From Gammaproteobacteria bacterium RIFCSPLOWO2_02_FULL_56_15 (GTDB taxonomy: Bacteria; Pseudomonadota; Gammaproteobacteria; Eutrophobiales; Eutrophobiaceae), in the NCBI GenBank assembly GCA_001801825.1, contig MGYR01000135.1, positions 1 to 36,281 of the forward strand: a DNA stretch of 36,281 nucleotides, in the 5' to 3' direction. The notes below the pieces were generated by a model. The model was not told the origin of the DNA. It worked only from the letters and a program-made list of their open reading frames with translations, and did not search any database. A program made the translations under genes and the position numbers. This document shows positions 9,509-19,822 of the stretch, in pieces. Every line of letters starts with the position of its first letter. Positions within the stretch are counted from its first letter, which is position 1.

Positions 9509-10723
9509 TTACAGATGTCCCCGTTGATCGGAGCGTGTGAAGCCACGCAACTGATGAGGGCATTTCCTACCCAACACCATTAGCTTGAAGCGTTCCCCCA
9601 TCTCGCCGGGCATCGTCAGCATTCTAATCTGAGCCAGCAGTTGCATGCGGTGCTTTTGATCCATATCCGCGAGCCGGTTCATGATCTGTTCCATATCGCA
9701 AGACAGCAGAAAATAAGCCTGGTTCGTGTAACCGATCAGTGAAAGTCCCGCATCGATGGCTGCTTCCGCCACTGCGGTAAAATCAACCGAAGTCGTTATA
9801 TCCTGCAATCCCGGATAAAGGAAGGGATCATGGTGCACTCGGTGACGGTAATGACACAACAGTGTCCCCTGATCGCGCTGCCAGTGATAATACTCATGCC
9901 GTGGATATCCATAATCCACCAGCAGGATGACTCCCTGCTCCAGAATGCCAGCGAAGGTGCTTACCCAGGCGTCCAGTCCCAGATTTATCTCTGTCGTGTA
10001 GCCATTGGGCCATGCTCCATCCAGTTGCCTTCTGATTCGCCCAGCATGGGAGATTATCTCAGGTCCTGCAGTGACTTTACTCCAGGTAAAATCATCTCGT
10101 TCCCGCGACACGCAGTATTCGAATATCCCTTCCCTCTCAAAACCAAGTCGTACCACCGGTTGTGCATCCAAGACCTCGTTAGCCACGATTACTCCACGAA
10201 ATTCGTATTTGGGTAATCCGGCCAGCCATTCAATCCGACCCATGAGATGCGGGATGCTCATTGTCAGCAGTTCCTGCTGACGGGCCTTCAAATCTGCACT
10301 GATCTCCAGGATGAGATATCTCTCCGGCAGGCAATTCCGGTACTCCAGCTCCCTGAGCATTTCCGCAGCCATTGCACCTGTCCCCGCACCCACTTCAAGT
10401 AGGGATCCACCTCCAATCGATCGCAGGACTTCTTCGCACTGCACCGCGATACAGCGGGAAAACAACGGGGAGATTTCAGGAGCCGTTACAAAATCACCGT
10501 CCCTGCCAAATTTTCTTGCCCCGGCGCTGTAGTAGCCCAGCCCCGGTTCGTAGAGAGCCATCCGCATGAATTGATCGAAACCGATAGCTCCCTTGTTTTC
10601 TATAATCCTTTCTATAATTCGATGTGTCAGGGCCTCGCTGTGTGCGATGGCTTCCCGACCCGGTGCAGGGACGTTGCAGACACTTCGGCCCGATCCAGCA
10701 GCAGCTTGCCTGAAAGTGGTCAT
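9509..10723 (-). CDS. class I SAM-dependent methyltransferase, MidA/NDUFAF7 (DUF185) family
   Basis: 404 aa. FMRMALYEPGLGYYS...FGRDGDFVTAPEISPLF and LLEVGAGTGAMA are typical of the MidA family. Confidence 0.8.
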   Translation of the reverse strand: MTTFRQAAAGSGRSVCNVPAPGREAIAHSEALTHRIIERIIENKGAIGFDQFMRMALYEPGLGYYSAGARKFGRDGDFVTAPEISPLFSRCIAVQCEEVLRSIGGGSLLEVGAGTGAMAAEMLRELEYRNCLPERYLILEISADLKARQQELLTMSIPHLMGRIEWLAGLPKYEFRGVIVANEVLDAQPVVRLGFEREGIFEYCVSRERDDFTWSKVTAGPEIISHAGRIRRQLDGAWPNGYTTEINLGLDAWVSTFAGILEQGVILLVDYGYPRHEYYHWQRDQGTLLCHYRHRVHHDPFLYPGLQDITTSVDFTAVAEAAIDAGLSLIGYTNQAYFLLSCDMEQIMNRLADMDQKHRMQLLAQIRMLTMPGEMGERFKLMVLGRKCPHQLRGFTRSDQRGHL

Positions 10724-10811
10724 CTAATGGTTTTCGAAAATGCGATTTTCTGTCCGCTTGTTGGTACAATCATACTGTCGATGTTACAACTTGCATAATA
10801 TCAACCAGACC

Positions 10812-11543
10812 ATGGCAAATAAAACAGTTCTTGTAACCGGAGCTGCGAAGAGACTTGGCGCCGGACTTGCCCGGTATTTGCACGGTCAAGGTATGGATAT
10901 CATCCTTCATTACCATCATTCACAGGATGAGGCACAAGTGTTGGCTGATGAACTCTCGGAATTGCGGGATGGATCAATCTTGACCGTAATGGGTGACCTG
11001 AGAGATCCCGACGCCCCCAGGCAGATAATTTCTGCTGCAGCTCAATTCAAGGGACACCTTGATGTGTTAATCAACAACGCCTCGGTTTTTTATCCGACCC
11101 CACTGGAGCACGCTACCCTCTCGCAATGGGATGAGTCGATTACCGTAAATATGAGAGCACCTTATTTTCTCACGAAAGAGGCAGCCTCTTATTTGCGTAT
11201 AGCAAAGGGCTGTATTATCAGCATCGCGGACATCCATGCGGATCGGCCTCTGTACAACTACTCCATATATTGCGCTTCCAAGGCGGGACTGGTGATGCTG
11301 ACCCGGGCACTAGCCCGGGAGCTGGGGCCGGCAATACGGGTAAATGCAGTTGCACCTGGCGCAATACTCTGGCCCGAATCTATGCCCATCAGTAAACAGA
11401 ATGACATCCTTGACCGGACAGTACTGAAACAGGCCGGCAGCACGGATGATATCGCCAAGGCAATCAGGTACCTGATCCTTGATGGGGATTATATTACGGG
11501 TCAGGTGTTGACCGTGGACGGCGGACGCACACTCTACTCCTGA
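10812..11543 (+). CDS. SDR family oxidoreductase, pteridine-reductase-like
   Basis: Start taken at ATG 10812 (MANKTVLVTGAAKRLG, i.e. TGxxxRxG). Has NNAS and the YxxxK catalytic motif (YCASKAG). It neighbours folK and folB. Confidence 0.7.
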   Translation: MANKTVLVTGAAKRLGAGLARYLHGQGMDIILHYHHSQDEAQVLADELSELRDGSILTVMGDLRDPDAPRQIISAAAQFKGHLDVLINNASVFYPTPLEHATLSQWDESITVNMRAPYFLTKEAASYLRIAKGCIISIADIHADRPLYNYSIYCASKAGLVMLTRALARELGPAIRVNAVAPGAILWPESMPISKQNDILDRTVLKQAGSTDDIAKAIRYLILDGDYITGQVLTVDGGRTLYS

Positions 11544-11550
11544 GTGGCGC

Positions 11551-11574
11551 CGGCAATGCAAGGATGAATTGCCG
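11551..11574. terminator. hairpin between convergent genes
   Basis: CGGCAAT-N10-ATTGCCG is a 7-bp stem lying between the SDR stop and the lipoprotein stop. Confidence 0.3.
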
Positions 11575-11576
11575 AA

Positions 11577-11990
11577 TTACTCAAACTGCGGGATCTCACC
11601 GGCATTAAACCAGGCTTTCAGCTCCGGGTCATACCACCACTGATGTTCGAAGGATATTTTTTGCAATGTGCCACGACTGGTATTGTAATATTCGATTTGC
11701 CCCTTGATAGTCGCCTCTGACACGGATTCATCAACGACCTTTTCATCCACCCGGTAGCCTGTAACACGCACTGCCTGCAGTTTCCCGGTATCCAATTGCA
11801 GCTGCCCGCCATCCCGATCCCGGTGAAAGTCCTCGATTTCGTTATATAGAGACCAGCGCCACGCGACACTGTACCCGTTAATCGCCGCCTCAAGGGAATT
11901 AGCCCTGGACCTGATATTACTGCTGTTGCATGCCGCAAGAGTCAGCAGAAAAATGTACAGTAGATATAACTTTCTGTTCATAGCAATCAC
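11577..11990 (-). CDS. hypothetical lipoprotein
   Basis: 137 aa with signal peptide and lipobox LTLAAC. No family recognised. Confidence 0.5.
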   Translation of the reverse strand: MIAMNRKLYLLYIFLLTLAACNSSNIRSRANSLEAAINGYSVAWRWSLYNEIEDFHRDRDGGQLQLDTGKLQAVRVTGYRVDEKVVDESVSEATIKGQIEYYNTSRGTLQKISFEHQWWYDPELKAWFNAGEIPQFE

Positions 11991-12039
11991 CTGTCAATTA
12001 TTATTGGTGGCCTCAAGTACAACAGGAGCAGAGAGAGAA

Positions 12040-12531
12040 TCATAGCGGGTTGAATTGAACCTGCCATATGGATTGTTCCGGGTCACAGAACTTGATCCAT
12101 AGTTCCGCCATACTGATGCCGAGCACGGGGTGTATGATGTTGGCGGCAATATCGGCGAGTGGTTTCAGTACAAACGCATATCTTGTGATTTCCTCCCTTG
12201 GAACCTGAAACCTTCCCCATTGTTGAATGAGATCGCCGTACATCAGCAAGTCGAGATCCAGTGATCGGGAACCAACATATGGTCCGGTCCTGACCCTCTT
12301 GCATAGTGATTCGATCTCGTGCAGTTCTATAACCAGTTGTTTCGGGGCCAACCCGGTACTAAACCCGACCACGAGATTATAGAAATTTTCTCCTTCAAAG
12401 CCCACAGCCCGGCTTTCATACACGGGTGAAAGTGAGATAATTCCGAAACGCTCTCTGATCTTAGCAATACCGATCCTGATATTCTGCTCGCGGTCCATAT
12501 TACTGCCGATTCCCACAAACACCATCTCCAT
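12040..12531 (-). CDS. folK: 2-amino-4-hydroxy-6-hydroxymethyldihydropteridine diphosphokinase
   Basis: 163 aa. VFVGIGSN...SPVYES..VG...FYN and RSLDLDLL motifs are HPPK-typical. It abuts folB. Confidence 0.9.
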   Translation of the reverse strand: MEMVFVGIGSNMDREQNIRIGIAKIRERFGIISLSPVYESRAVGFEGENFYNLVVGFSTGLAPKQLVIELHEIESLCKRVRTGPYVGSRSLDLDLLMYGDLIQQWGRFQVPREEITRYAFVLKPLADIAANIIHPVLGISMAELWIKFCDPEQSIWQVQFNPL

Positions 12532-12532
12532 A

Positions 12533-12889
12533 TCAGCCAGGCATCCTCCTTTCTATAATGACGCCCACATCCCGGACTCCCCTGACTGCACCTTGTTTGT
12601 TGAGCGTCAGGCGGCACCAGGGTACCTTGAATTCCATCAAAATGATTTCTGCAATTTTTTCCGCCAGTGATTCGACCAATTCAAAGCGGCTTTCTTCTAC
12701 AAAGGAAATAATCCTCTTTGCTACTTCCTTGTAATTGAGCGTATTCTCAATGGAATCTCCGGCGGCCGCTTTTGCCACGTCAGCTCCCATTTCAATATCC
12801 AGAATAACCGTCTGCCTGGTTCTGCGTTCCCACTCATAGATCCCTATTACGGTATCGATACGCAAATCTCTCAGAAATATTATGTCCAC
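12533..12889 (-). CDS. folB: dihydroneopterin aldolase
   Basis: 118 aa. MDIIFLRDLRIDTVIGIYEWER...LNYKEV is a FolB-typical pattern. Confidence 0.9.
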   Translation of the reverse strand: MDIIFLRDLRIDTVIGIYEWERRTRQTVILDIEMGADVAKAAAGDSIENTLNYKEVAKRIISFVEESRFELVESLAEKIAEIILMEFKVPWCRLTLNKQGAVRGVRDVGVIIERRMPG

Positions 12890-13063
12890 GGAGCTAGTCT
12901 AATCACAGTAGTCGAAAACAGTATACACTCTGAGAAATAGTCTGCCAGATCGAAAGCTTCAAGCCCGCAAGGGTCGCCCTTGAAAATATCCGGGTACATA
13001 TGCATTGACACCGCTACAATAAGACAAGGCAAAGATTAAGGGACTGCCTCTGGATATAACAGC

Positions 13064-13660
13064 ATGTTGATGAATCTTTTTCTCGTTTCCCTCGCATACC
13101 TTTCTGGGTCACTCTGTTCCGCTATCATCATTTGCAGGCTCCTGGGTCTGGAAGACCCGCGCCGAGGCGGTTCCGGCAATCCGGGGGCTACCAATGTATT
13201 GCGTCTTTATGGCAGCAGGGTGGCTGCATTTACCCTGGCAGGTGATGTATTAAAAGGTATTGCACCCGTACTTCTGGCGAAGTTCCTGCAGGCCCCACAA
13301 ATTGTCATCGCCCTCTGTGGCCTGGGTGCATTTTTTGGACACGTTTATCCATTGTACTTCCGATTCCGGGGCGGGAAGGGTGTCGCTACGTTCCTCGGTG
13401 TGCTTGGAGCGACTGACTGGTTGCTGGGACTCGGTTTCATCATTACCTGGTCGGCTGTGGCCCTGGTGTCCAGATACTCTTCACTGGCGGCAGTCATTGC
13501 CTCTGTCATGACGCTGTTATATACGTGGCTGCTAACAGAATCACCTGTTTATCTGCTATGTAATCTATGCATTGTATCTGCCCTACTCTGGAGGCACAGA
13601 TCCAATCTGGCCAAACTGCTGACCGGAACGGAAAAAAAGATCGGGGGAAAAAGCACCTGA
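13064..13660 (+). CDS. plsY: glycerol-3-phosphate acyltransferase (acyl-phosphate dependent)
   Basis: 198 aa membrane protein with GSGNPGATNV and FRGGKGVAT motifs. Confidence 0.9.
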   Translation: MLMNLFLVSLAYLSGSLCSAIIICRLLGLEDPRRGGSGNPGATNVLRLYGSRVAAFTLAGDVLKGIAPVLLAKFLQAPQIVIALCGLGAFFGHVYPLYFRFRGGKGVATFLGVLGATDWLLGLGFIITWSAVALVSRYSSLAAVIASVMTLLYTWLLTESPVYLLCNLCIVSALLWRHRSNLAKLLTGTEKKIGGKST

Positions 13661-13673
13661 AATTGCCACAACA

Positions 13674-14690
13674 CTACGGATCCACGACCCTGGGCAGATC
13701 TTGCAACGGCCAGCGGGGATATGCGGCAAAGGCCAGGGGTTCCTGCACCCCGGATTGCAGACGCAGCCACCCTGCGTAGGCGATCATGGCGCCGTTGTCA
13801 GTGCAAAATTCCGGTCTGGGAAAATATATCCTTCCCCCCTCTTCCCCAATCATGCGGGTTAAGCCTTCCCGTAACTGACGATTCGCGCTTACACCCCCAG
13901 CCGCAATTAGCCGCTTCAGCCCCGTGGAACGCATGGCCCGTCGGCATTTAATTATCAGCGTATCCACCACTGCATCGACGAAAGCACGGGCTATATCCGC
14001 CCGAGTCTGTTCATCCGATCCCGAGGCTGTCACTGTATTCAGAACCTGAGTCTTGAGACCACTGAAACTGAAATCCAGACCCGGCCGCGCAGTCATCGGC
14101 CTGGGGAAAGTAAAAACCCCGGTTCGACCATTTTCTGCCAATACCGATAGCTGAGACCCGCCTGGATATTCAATGCCCAGTAATTTCGCTGTTTTGTCAA
14201 ATGCCTCGCCCGCAGCATCATCCAGCGTATCTCCCAGTATGTAATAGACGCTAGGGGCATCAACTTGGACCAGTTGCGTGTGGCCTCCGGACACCAGCAA
14301 GGCCAGGAAGGGGAAATCTGGGGGATGTACTTCCAGCATGGGAGCGAGCAAATGAGCCTCCATGTGGTGCACGGCAATCGCCGGTTTTCCCCATGCATAT
14401 GCCAGACTTCGACCGATCGCGGCGCCCACCAACAGGGCGCCTACGAGACCAGGCCCGGCGGTATAGGCGATTCCGTCCGCCTTGGTGATACCTGCCGCTT
14501 CCAGGACATCACGGATCAGGAGAATAGTGCGGCTGATATGGTTGCGTGACGCGAGTTCAGGCACGACACCGCCATAATCACGATGCAGACTGGCCTGACT
14601 GTGCAACAAGTGTGCGAGCAATCCCCGTTCCGGGTGGTAAACGGCCACTCCGGTCTCATCACAGGAGGTTTCTATCCCCAGTACATACAT
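13674..14690 (-). CDS. tsaD: tRNA N6-adenosine threonylcarbamoyltransferase
   Basis: 338 aa. [25 protein letters not shown] and GGVSAN motifs. It is divergent from rpsU, as in many Proteobacteria. Confidence 0.95.
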   Translation of the reverse strand: MYVLGIETSCDETGVAVYHPERGLLAHLLHSQASLHRDYGGVVPELASRNHISRTILLIRDVLEAAGITKADGIAYTAGPGLVGALLVGAAIGRSLAYAWGKPAIAVHHMEAHLLAPMLEVHPPDFPFLALLVSGGHTQLVQVDAPSVYYILGDTLDDAAGEAFDKTAKLLGIEYPGGSQLSVLAENGRTGVFTFPRPMTARPGLDFSFSGLKTQVLNTVTASGSDEQTRADIARAFVDAVVDTLIIKCRRAMRSTGLKRLIAAGGVSANRQLREGLTRMIGEEGGRIYFPRPEFCTDNGAMIAYAGWLRLQSGVQEPLAFAAYPRWPLQDLPRVVDP

Positions 14691-14730
14691 AATTACTTTC
14701 TAAATAATGGTAAGATTTGCCGATTATGCC

Positions 14731-14758
14731 TTGCAATTCACCGGAATAGCACTAAAAT
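14731..14758 (+). promoter_or_regulatory. candidate sigma-70 promoter for rpsU operon
   Basis: TTGCAA, a 16-nt spacer, then TAAAAT, about 45 nt upstream of the rpsU ATG. Confidence 0.35.
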
Positions 14759-14803
14759 TGCCCGCTTTTCCATAACCAGCGGGATTTCAGGAACCATAAC
14801 TAT

Positions 14804-15019
14804 ATGCCATCAGTTAAAGTCAGAGACAATGAACCATTTGACCTGGCCCTGCGCAGGTTCAAGCGTGCCTGCGAAAAAGCCGGGACACTGGCCGAAGTCC
14901 ATCGCAGGGAAGCCTATGAAAAGCCCACGCAGATAAGAAAACGCAAAGCAGCAGCGGCTGTAAAACGTAACCAGAAGCGCGTCTCCAAGGAACTGAACCG
15001 GCATATCCGACTGTACTAA
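14804..15019 (+). CDS. rpsU: 30S ribosomal protein S21
   Basis: 71 aa starting [27 protein letters not shown], the canonical S21 sequence. Confidence 0.95.
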   Translation: MPSVKVRDNEPFDLALRRFKRACEKAGTLAEVHRREAYEKPTQIRKRKAAAAVKRNQKRVSKELNRHIRLY

Positions 15020-15049
15020 GTACACGTTGCCCGGAATAATCCAATCCCC

Positions 15050-15499
15050 ATGTCCGCCTTGAAACAACGGATCAGTGATGATGTCAAGCAGGCCATGCGC
15101 GAGCGGGACAAGGAGCGGCTTTCCACACTTAGACTTCTAACTGCAGCGATCAAGCAGAAAGAAGTCGATGACCGGCTAGAGCTTGATGATGGCCATATAC
15201 TGGCTTTACTGGACAAACTTATCAGACAATATAGTGATTCCATCGAACAGTTCAAAAAGGGGAATCGATACGACCTCGTGGAGAAGGAAACTCGGGAACT
15301 GCAGATAGTACTGCACTACCTGCCAACGCAAATGACCAGAGACGAAATCGCCAGCTTGGTAGCCGATACCATTGATGAGACCAGTGCAACGAGTATCCGG
15401 GACATGGGCAAGGTCATGGGCGCGCTGAAACCAAGGGTACAGGGTCGTGCAGATATGAGTATCGTCAGCGAACTTCTCAAACAGCAATTATCCCCGTAA
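15050..15499 (+). CDS. GatB/YqeY domain-containing protein
   Basis: 149 aa starting MSALKQRISDDVKQAMRERDKERLSTLRLL..IKQKEVD, a YqeY-family pattern. Confidence 0.85.
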   Translation: MSALKQRISDDVKQAMRERDKERLSTLRLLTAAIKQKEVDDRLELDDGHILALLDKLIRQYSDSIEQFKKGNRYDLVEKETRELQIVLHYLPTQMTRDEIASLVADTIDETSATSIRDMGKVMGALKPRVQGRADMSIVSELLKQQLSP

Positions 15500-15581
15500 T
15501 ACTTCTTGTTCTTCTTGCTACAGGGATCCACGGTACGGCACCCTGTCATGGCAGTTCTCTCCGGCTATACTTCACAGAACC

Positions 15582-17369
15582 ATGAGCGGCCTGATACCAC
15601 AGCCCTTTATTGATGACCTGTTGGCCAGAACAGACATTGTGGATCTGATCCACAGTTATGTTCCCTTGAAGAAGGCTGGCCATAATTATCAGGCACTGTG
15701 CCCGTTCCACGACGAAAAAACCCCATCATTTTCAGTCAATCAAGACCGGCAGTTCTATCATTGCTTCGGTTGTGGTGCGAGCGGGAACGCCATCAGTTTC
15801 ATGATGAATTACAACCGCATAGATTTTGTTGACGTGATCGAAGAACTGGCTACCCGTGCAGGATTGACTGTCCCGCACGAAGGAACAGCGCAATCACAGA
15901 AGGTCAAGGAAGACCTGACAGAACTCTATGAACTGATGGAACTCGTAATCGATTTTTATCGCAAGCAGCTGCAGGATCACTCACAATCTGGCTGTGCGGT
16001 TGAATACCTCAAGCACCGTGGCATCACTGACGAGATTGCATCAAAGTACGAGCTCGGCTTCGCACCGGATAACTGGGATTACCTCATTCAAAACCTGGGG
16101 AAGTCCGAGGCGGCAAAGGATCGTCTGTATAAAGCGGGGATGATCATTCGGCGTGATAACGGTAACTATTATGATCGATTCCGGCAACGCATTATGTACC
16201 CGATCCGGGACCAGCGTGGTAGGGCGATCGGTTTCGGTGGCAGAATTATCGATTCCGGTAATCCCAAGTATCTCAATTCGCCGGAAACATCTATTTTTCA
16301 CAAGGGCAGAGAACTTTACGGACTGTACCAGGCCCGCCAGAGTACAAGAAATCCAGAACGGCTTTATGTTGTAGAGGGTTACATGGATGTACTCGCTTTG
16401 TCCCAGCATGGGGTTACGAATTGCGTTGCAACCCTCGGCACAGCAGCTACAAGTGAACATATTGAACGGGTATTCCGCACCACGAGTGAAGTAGTCTTTT
16501 GTTTTGATGGTGATGACGCAGGCAGCAAGGCAGCATGGCGCGCCCTGGAAATTACGCTGCCAATGTTGAGAGACGGAAGGGAGGCCTATTTCATGTTCCT
16601 ACCAGAGGGACAAGATCCGGATGATTATATTCGTACTAACGGTAGGGAGGCATTTACTGACGCGAGCCAGCATCGCCCGCTTTCCAATATACTACTGGAG
16701 TTCCTGACACGGAACTTTAACCCGGCGATAATGGAGCATAAGGTCAGCCTGGTACACAAGGCAACACCATATCTGCAGAATCTACCCCAGGGGAGTCTGA
16801 AGCAGTTACTGTTGGCACAGCTTGCAATGCTTACCGACCGGGACACCAGCCAGTTGGAATTACTCTCATCACACCGAGAAACCCATGAAATCAGGAAATC
16901 AGCTGTTACTTACTCCGCACGAGAGGAGCGGAAACTGGTATCACAAGCAGTCAAACTACTATTACAACGCCCTCAACTTGCCTTACAAGTAACAGAAAAG
17001 ATGTCGCTGGAAAAGAGCGAGACTGCAGGAATCGAATTTCTTCAGGCACTAATCTTACTCGTTAAGAAAAATCCGGATATTACCTGTGCTCGGATACTTG
17101 AAAACTGGAGAGGGACACGATATGAAAAGCGTCTCGTACAGCTCGCACCAGGTGGACAATCACGCTATGGAGCGGATGAAACCTGCTTTGAAAGCAGCGA
17201 CTTCCTGCAGTCAGAATTCCTGGGAATTATCTACAGGTTAGAGGATGGTGAGAGAAAAAAACGACTCGTGGAATTCAATACCGTATCCAGTACCGCGAAA
17301 TTGACCAAAGAGCAAAAGGAATTCCTGAAAAACCTCAACCCGACGGCCAGAAGACCCGGTCAAAAGTGA
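15582..17369 (+). CDS. dnaG: DNA primase
   Basis: 595 aa. Zinc ribbon CPFHDEKTPSFSVNQDRQFYHCFGCGASGN and TOPRIM EGYMDV...FDGDDAG. Confidence 0.95.
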   Translation: MSGLIPQPFIDDLLARTDIVDLIHSYVPLKKAGHNYQALCPFHDEKTPSFSVNQDRQFYHCFGCGASGNAISFMMNYNRIDFVDVIEELATRAGLTVPHEGTAQSQKVKEDLTELYELMELVIDFYRKQLQDHSQSGCAVEYLKHRGITDEIASKYELGFAPDNWDYLIQNLGKSEAAKDRLYKAGMIIRRDNGNYYDRFRQRIMYPIRDQRGRAIGFGGRIIDSGNPKYLNSPETSIFHKGRELYGLYQARQSTRNPERLYVVEGYMDVLALSQHGVTNCVATLGTAATSEHIERVFRTTSEVVFCFDGDDAGSKAAWRALEITLPMLRDGREAYFMFLPEGQDPDDYIRTNGREAFTDASQHRPLSNILLEFLTRNFNPAIMEHKVSLVHKATPYLQNLPQGSLKQLLLAQLAMLTDRDTSQLELLSSHRETHEIRKSAVTYSAREERKLVSQAVKLLLQRPQLALQVTEKMSLEKSETAGIEFLQALILLVKKNPDITCARILENWRGTRYEKRLVQLAPGGQSRYGADETCFESSDFLQSEFLGIIYRLEDGERKKRLVEFNTVSSTAKLTKEQKEFLKNLNPTARRPGQK

Positions 17370-17463
17370 TTTTACCTGGCGCGATGTTGAGATACCTGTT
17401 ATACTGTTCTGTTAGCATTTCTGCTATTTTTTCTATTTTATCAACCACTTAGAGAAAACCATC

Positions 17464-19362
17464 TTGAAAGCGATGCCATCACTGGAACACGTAGTAGAAG
17501 ATAGCTTGGGCAATACCTCCAACGACGGTGAATCCCGGCTGAAACTCCTCATCTCCAAAGGGAAGGAACAGGGCTTCCTAACCTATCACGAGGTAAATGA
17601 TCACCTGCCTGACGATATCGTCGATCCGGAGCAGGTCGAAGACATTATCAACATGATCAATGACATGGGCATAGAGGTTCATGAAACTGCCCCTGATTTG
17701 AGCCTAGTCATGACGGAGAAGACCGAAAGCCCGGATGAAGACGCCGCTGCGGAAGCGGCAGCCGCAATTCTTAGTGTGGATAATGAATTCGGCAGGACTA
17801 CAGACCCGGTTCGTATGTATATGCGGGAAATGGGTACGGTTGACCTCCTCACCCGTGAGGGCGAGATAAAGATCGCAAAGCGAATCGAAGAGGGTCTGAA
17901 CCAGGTACTGACCGCCCTTTCCCAGTTTCCAGGCAGCATCGACACACTGTTAATAGCGCATGCCCAAGTCGAGAAAGACGAAATCAAACTGGCAGATGTG
18001 CTAACTGGTTTCACCAACCAGGACGACTACCAGCAATCTGCGGCTCAGCCGGTTACTTCGACCGTGGATCGTGCCGCACCCAGTGCCGATAACGATGATG
18101 AAGAGGAAGATGAGCTCCAGGACAGTTCAGACAGCGATCCTGCGGAAGTTTCCATCGATCCCGAGGAAGTCAGAAAGCACATCAAGCAACTTGCCGACCA
18201 ACACAAGAAACTGATTCGGGCTATTCCGAGAAACGGCCGGGGCAACAAAAAAACTCTGGCTCTGCAGGACAAGCTCACCGAGCTTTTCATGGAACTTAAG
18301 CTTGCCCCAAAATTCATCGACGAATTGACTGTCAATCTCAATACGCTGATTGACAGTATCCGCTCCACGGAAAGAAACGTGATGAAACTTTGCGTTAAGG
18401 ACGCCAAGATGCCGCGTAAGGATTTCATCAACCAGTTTCCAGGTAATGAAACTAATACCAACTGGGTCACGGGTCTGATGAAAACCAGAAAAGCCTGGGT
18501 CGGGAATCTCGGTGCAATTCAGGCGGAGGTTGTCAGAAACCAGTCCAGACTGGCTCAGATCTTCGATAACAACTTGCTTACCATACCGGAGATAAAAGAA
18601 ATCAACCGAATGGTTTCTATCGGTGAGGCAAAGGCGCGGCGGGCAAAAAAGGAAATGGTCGAGGCGAACCTTCGTCTCGTGATCTCCATCGCCAAGAAAT
18701 ACACCAATCGTGGCCTCTTGTTTCTTGACTTGATCCAGGAAGGGAATATTGGGCTGATGAAGGCGGTGGATAAATTTGAATACCGCAGGGGATACAAGTT
18801 TTCCACCTATGCTACCTGGTGGATCCGGCAGGCTATAACACGTTCCATCGCTGATCAGGCTCGAACTATCCGTATACCGGTGCACATGATCGAAACCATC
18901 AACAAGCTGAACCGTATCTCCCGCCAAATCCTTCAGGAACTCGGACGCGAACCGACCCCAGAGGAACTTGCCGTGAGGATGGAAATGCCGGAGGACAAGG
19001 TGCGAAAAGTCTTGAAAATCGCCAAGGAGCCAATCTCCATGGAGACCCCTATTGGGGATGACGACGATTCTCATTTGGGTGACTTTATCGAGGATTCCAA
19101 TACTCAGGCACCGGCGGATTCAGCCGGATTCGAAGGCCTCCGCCGGGCGACAAAAACCGCGCTTGAAGGACTTACCCAACGTGAAGCGAAGGTGCTGCGC
19201 ATGCGCTTTGGTATAGAAATGAACACCGATCACACACTGGAAGAAGTCGGGAAACAATTTGATGTCACCCGTGAGCGGATCCGCCAGATCGAGGCCAAGG
19301 CCCTGCGCAAATTGAGGCACCCAAGCCGCTCGGATGAGCTACGAACATTTCTGGATTCATAA
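17464..19362 (+). CDS. rpoD: RNA polymerase sigma factor RpoD (sigma-70)
   Basis: 632 aa with an acidic region 1 spacer, region 2 ([32 protein letters not shown]) and region 4. The ORF-track start is TTG 17464. ATG 17473 is an alternative. Confidence 0.95.
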   Translation: MKAMPSLEHVVEDSLGNTSNDGESRLKLLISKGKEQGFLTYHEVNDHLPDDIVDPEQVEDIINMINDMGIEVHETAPDLSLVMTEKTESPDEDAAAEAAAAILSVDNEFGRTTDPVRMYMREMGTVDLLTREGEIKIAKRIEEGLNQVLTALSQFPGSIDTLLIAHAQVEKDEIKLADVLTGFTNQDDYQQSAAQPVTSTVDRAAPSADNDDEEEDELQDSSDSDPAEVSIDPEEVRKHIKQLADQHKKLIRAIPRNGRGNKKTLALQDKLTELFMELKLAPKFIDELTVNLNTLIDSIRSTERNVMKLCVKDAKMPRKDFINQFPGNETNTNWVTGLMKTRKAWVGNLGAIQAEVVRNQSRLAQIFDNNLLTIPEIKEINRMVSIGEAKARRAKKEMVEANLRLVISIAKKYTNRGLLFLDLIQEGNIGLMKAVDKFEYRRGYKFSTYATWWIRQAITRSIADQARTIRIPVHMIETINKLNRISRQILQELGREPTPEELAVRMEMPEDKVRKVLKIAKEPISMETPIGDDDDSHLGDFIEDSNTQAPADSAGFEGLRRATKTALEGLTQREAKVLRMRFGIEMNTDHTLEEVGKQFDVTRERIRQIEAKALRKLRHPSRSDELRTFLDS

Positions 19363-19403
19363 ATATCAGAATAATGGGTACGTAACTTCCGGAATACTTA
19401 CTC

Positions 19404-19431
19404 TTGATTTCCTGATCGCTGCCCTTATAAT
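19404..19431 (+). promoter_or_regulatory. candidate sigma-70 promoter for the tRNA gene
   Basis: TTGATT, a 16-nt spacer, then TATAAT, about 80 nt upstream of tRNA position 1. Confidence 0.4.
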
Positions 19432-19509
19432 CCGCACTTCATTCAAGCAGTAGCCGGCGCCGAAGAGCGATCACGCGGCAACGGTATTTGTGTATTGGTT
19501 CTATAGAAC

Positions 19510-19822
19510 GGGCCTGTAGCTCAGTTGGTTAGAGCAGTGGACTCATCAGTAATGGTGCGTTCATACCGAGAGGTATGAAATGAACGGGATGAATTCAGGG
19601 AACCCTTAGCAACTCAGTTGATGGGAACCCTGAGCCAAGCCGGAGGTACACCTCCGGAAGGTGCAGAGACTACCTGGGAACTTGAGTGTTCTTAATCACA
19701 GGCTGGAGCGTCCCGCTCCCCAGCGACTCCGGTTGCGGGAGATGAGATAGTCCACTCCTGCCAGAAATGGCAGGACAGAGTGAATCCATTGGTCGTAGGT
19801 TCGAGTCCTACCGGGCCCACCA
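19510..19822 (+). tRNA. intron-interrupted elongator tRNA with CAU anticodon (probably tRNA-Ile2, lysidine type; tRNA-Met not excluded)
   Basis: Exon 1, 19510-19546: GGGCCTG TA GCTC AGTTGGTTA GAGC A GTGGA CTCAT. Exon 2, 19783-19822: AA TCCAT TGGTC GTAGG TTCGAGT CCTAC CGGGCCC A CCA. Joined, they give a 77-nt cloverleaf with a 7-bp acceptor stem (one G:U pair), a GTTCGAGT T-loop and an encoded CCA. G1-C72 excludes an initiator. C4-G69 and C5-G68 match what I recall as TilS identity pairs. Confidence 0.85.
19547..19782 (+). ncRNA. group I intron (IC3-like, ORF-less) in the tRNA anticodon loop
   Basis: 236 nt that begins after exon U and ends in G. GUG at 19555-19557 can pair with exon CAU. P2-like hairpin UUCAUACC-GAGA-GGUAUGAA at 19560-19579. 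P4 pairing UUCAGGG/CCCUGAG at 19594-19600 and 19628-19634. Hairpin CCGGAGG-UACA-CCUCCGG at 19640-19657. Core string GAGCCAAGC...GAAGGUGCAGAGACUA at 19632-19672 closely matches my recollection of the Azoarcus tRNA-Ile intron. Terminal GAAA-tetraloop hairpin at 19757-19774. Confidence 0.8.

Noticed and set aside
12958-12985. Hairpin TTCAAG-CCCGCAAGGGTCGCC-CTTGAA in the folB/plsY divergent spacer, considered as a riboswitch or attenuator.
   Set aside because: It is far too small for a known riboswitch class and has no flanking conserved elements I can recognise.
18127-19074. 315-aa minus-strand ORF.
   Set aside because: It is antisense to rpoD regions 2-4, which are unambiguous.
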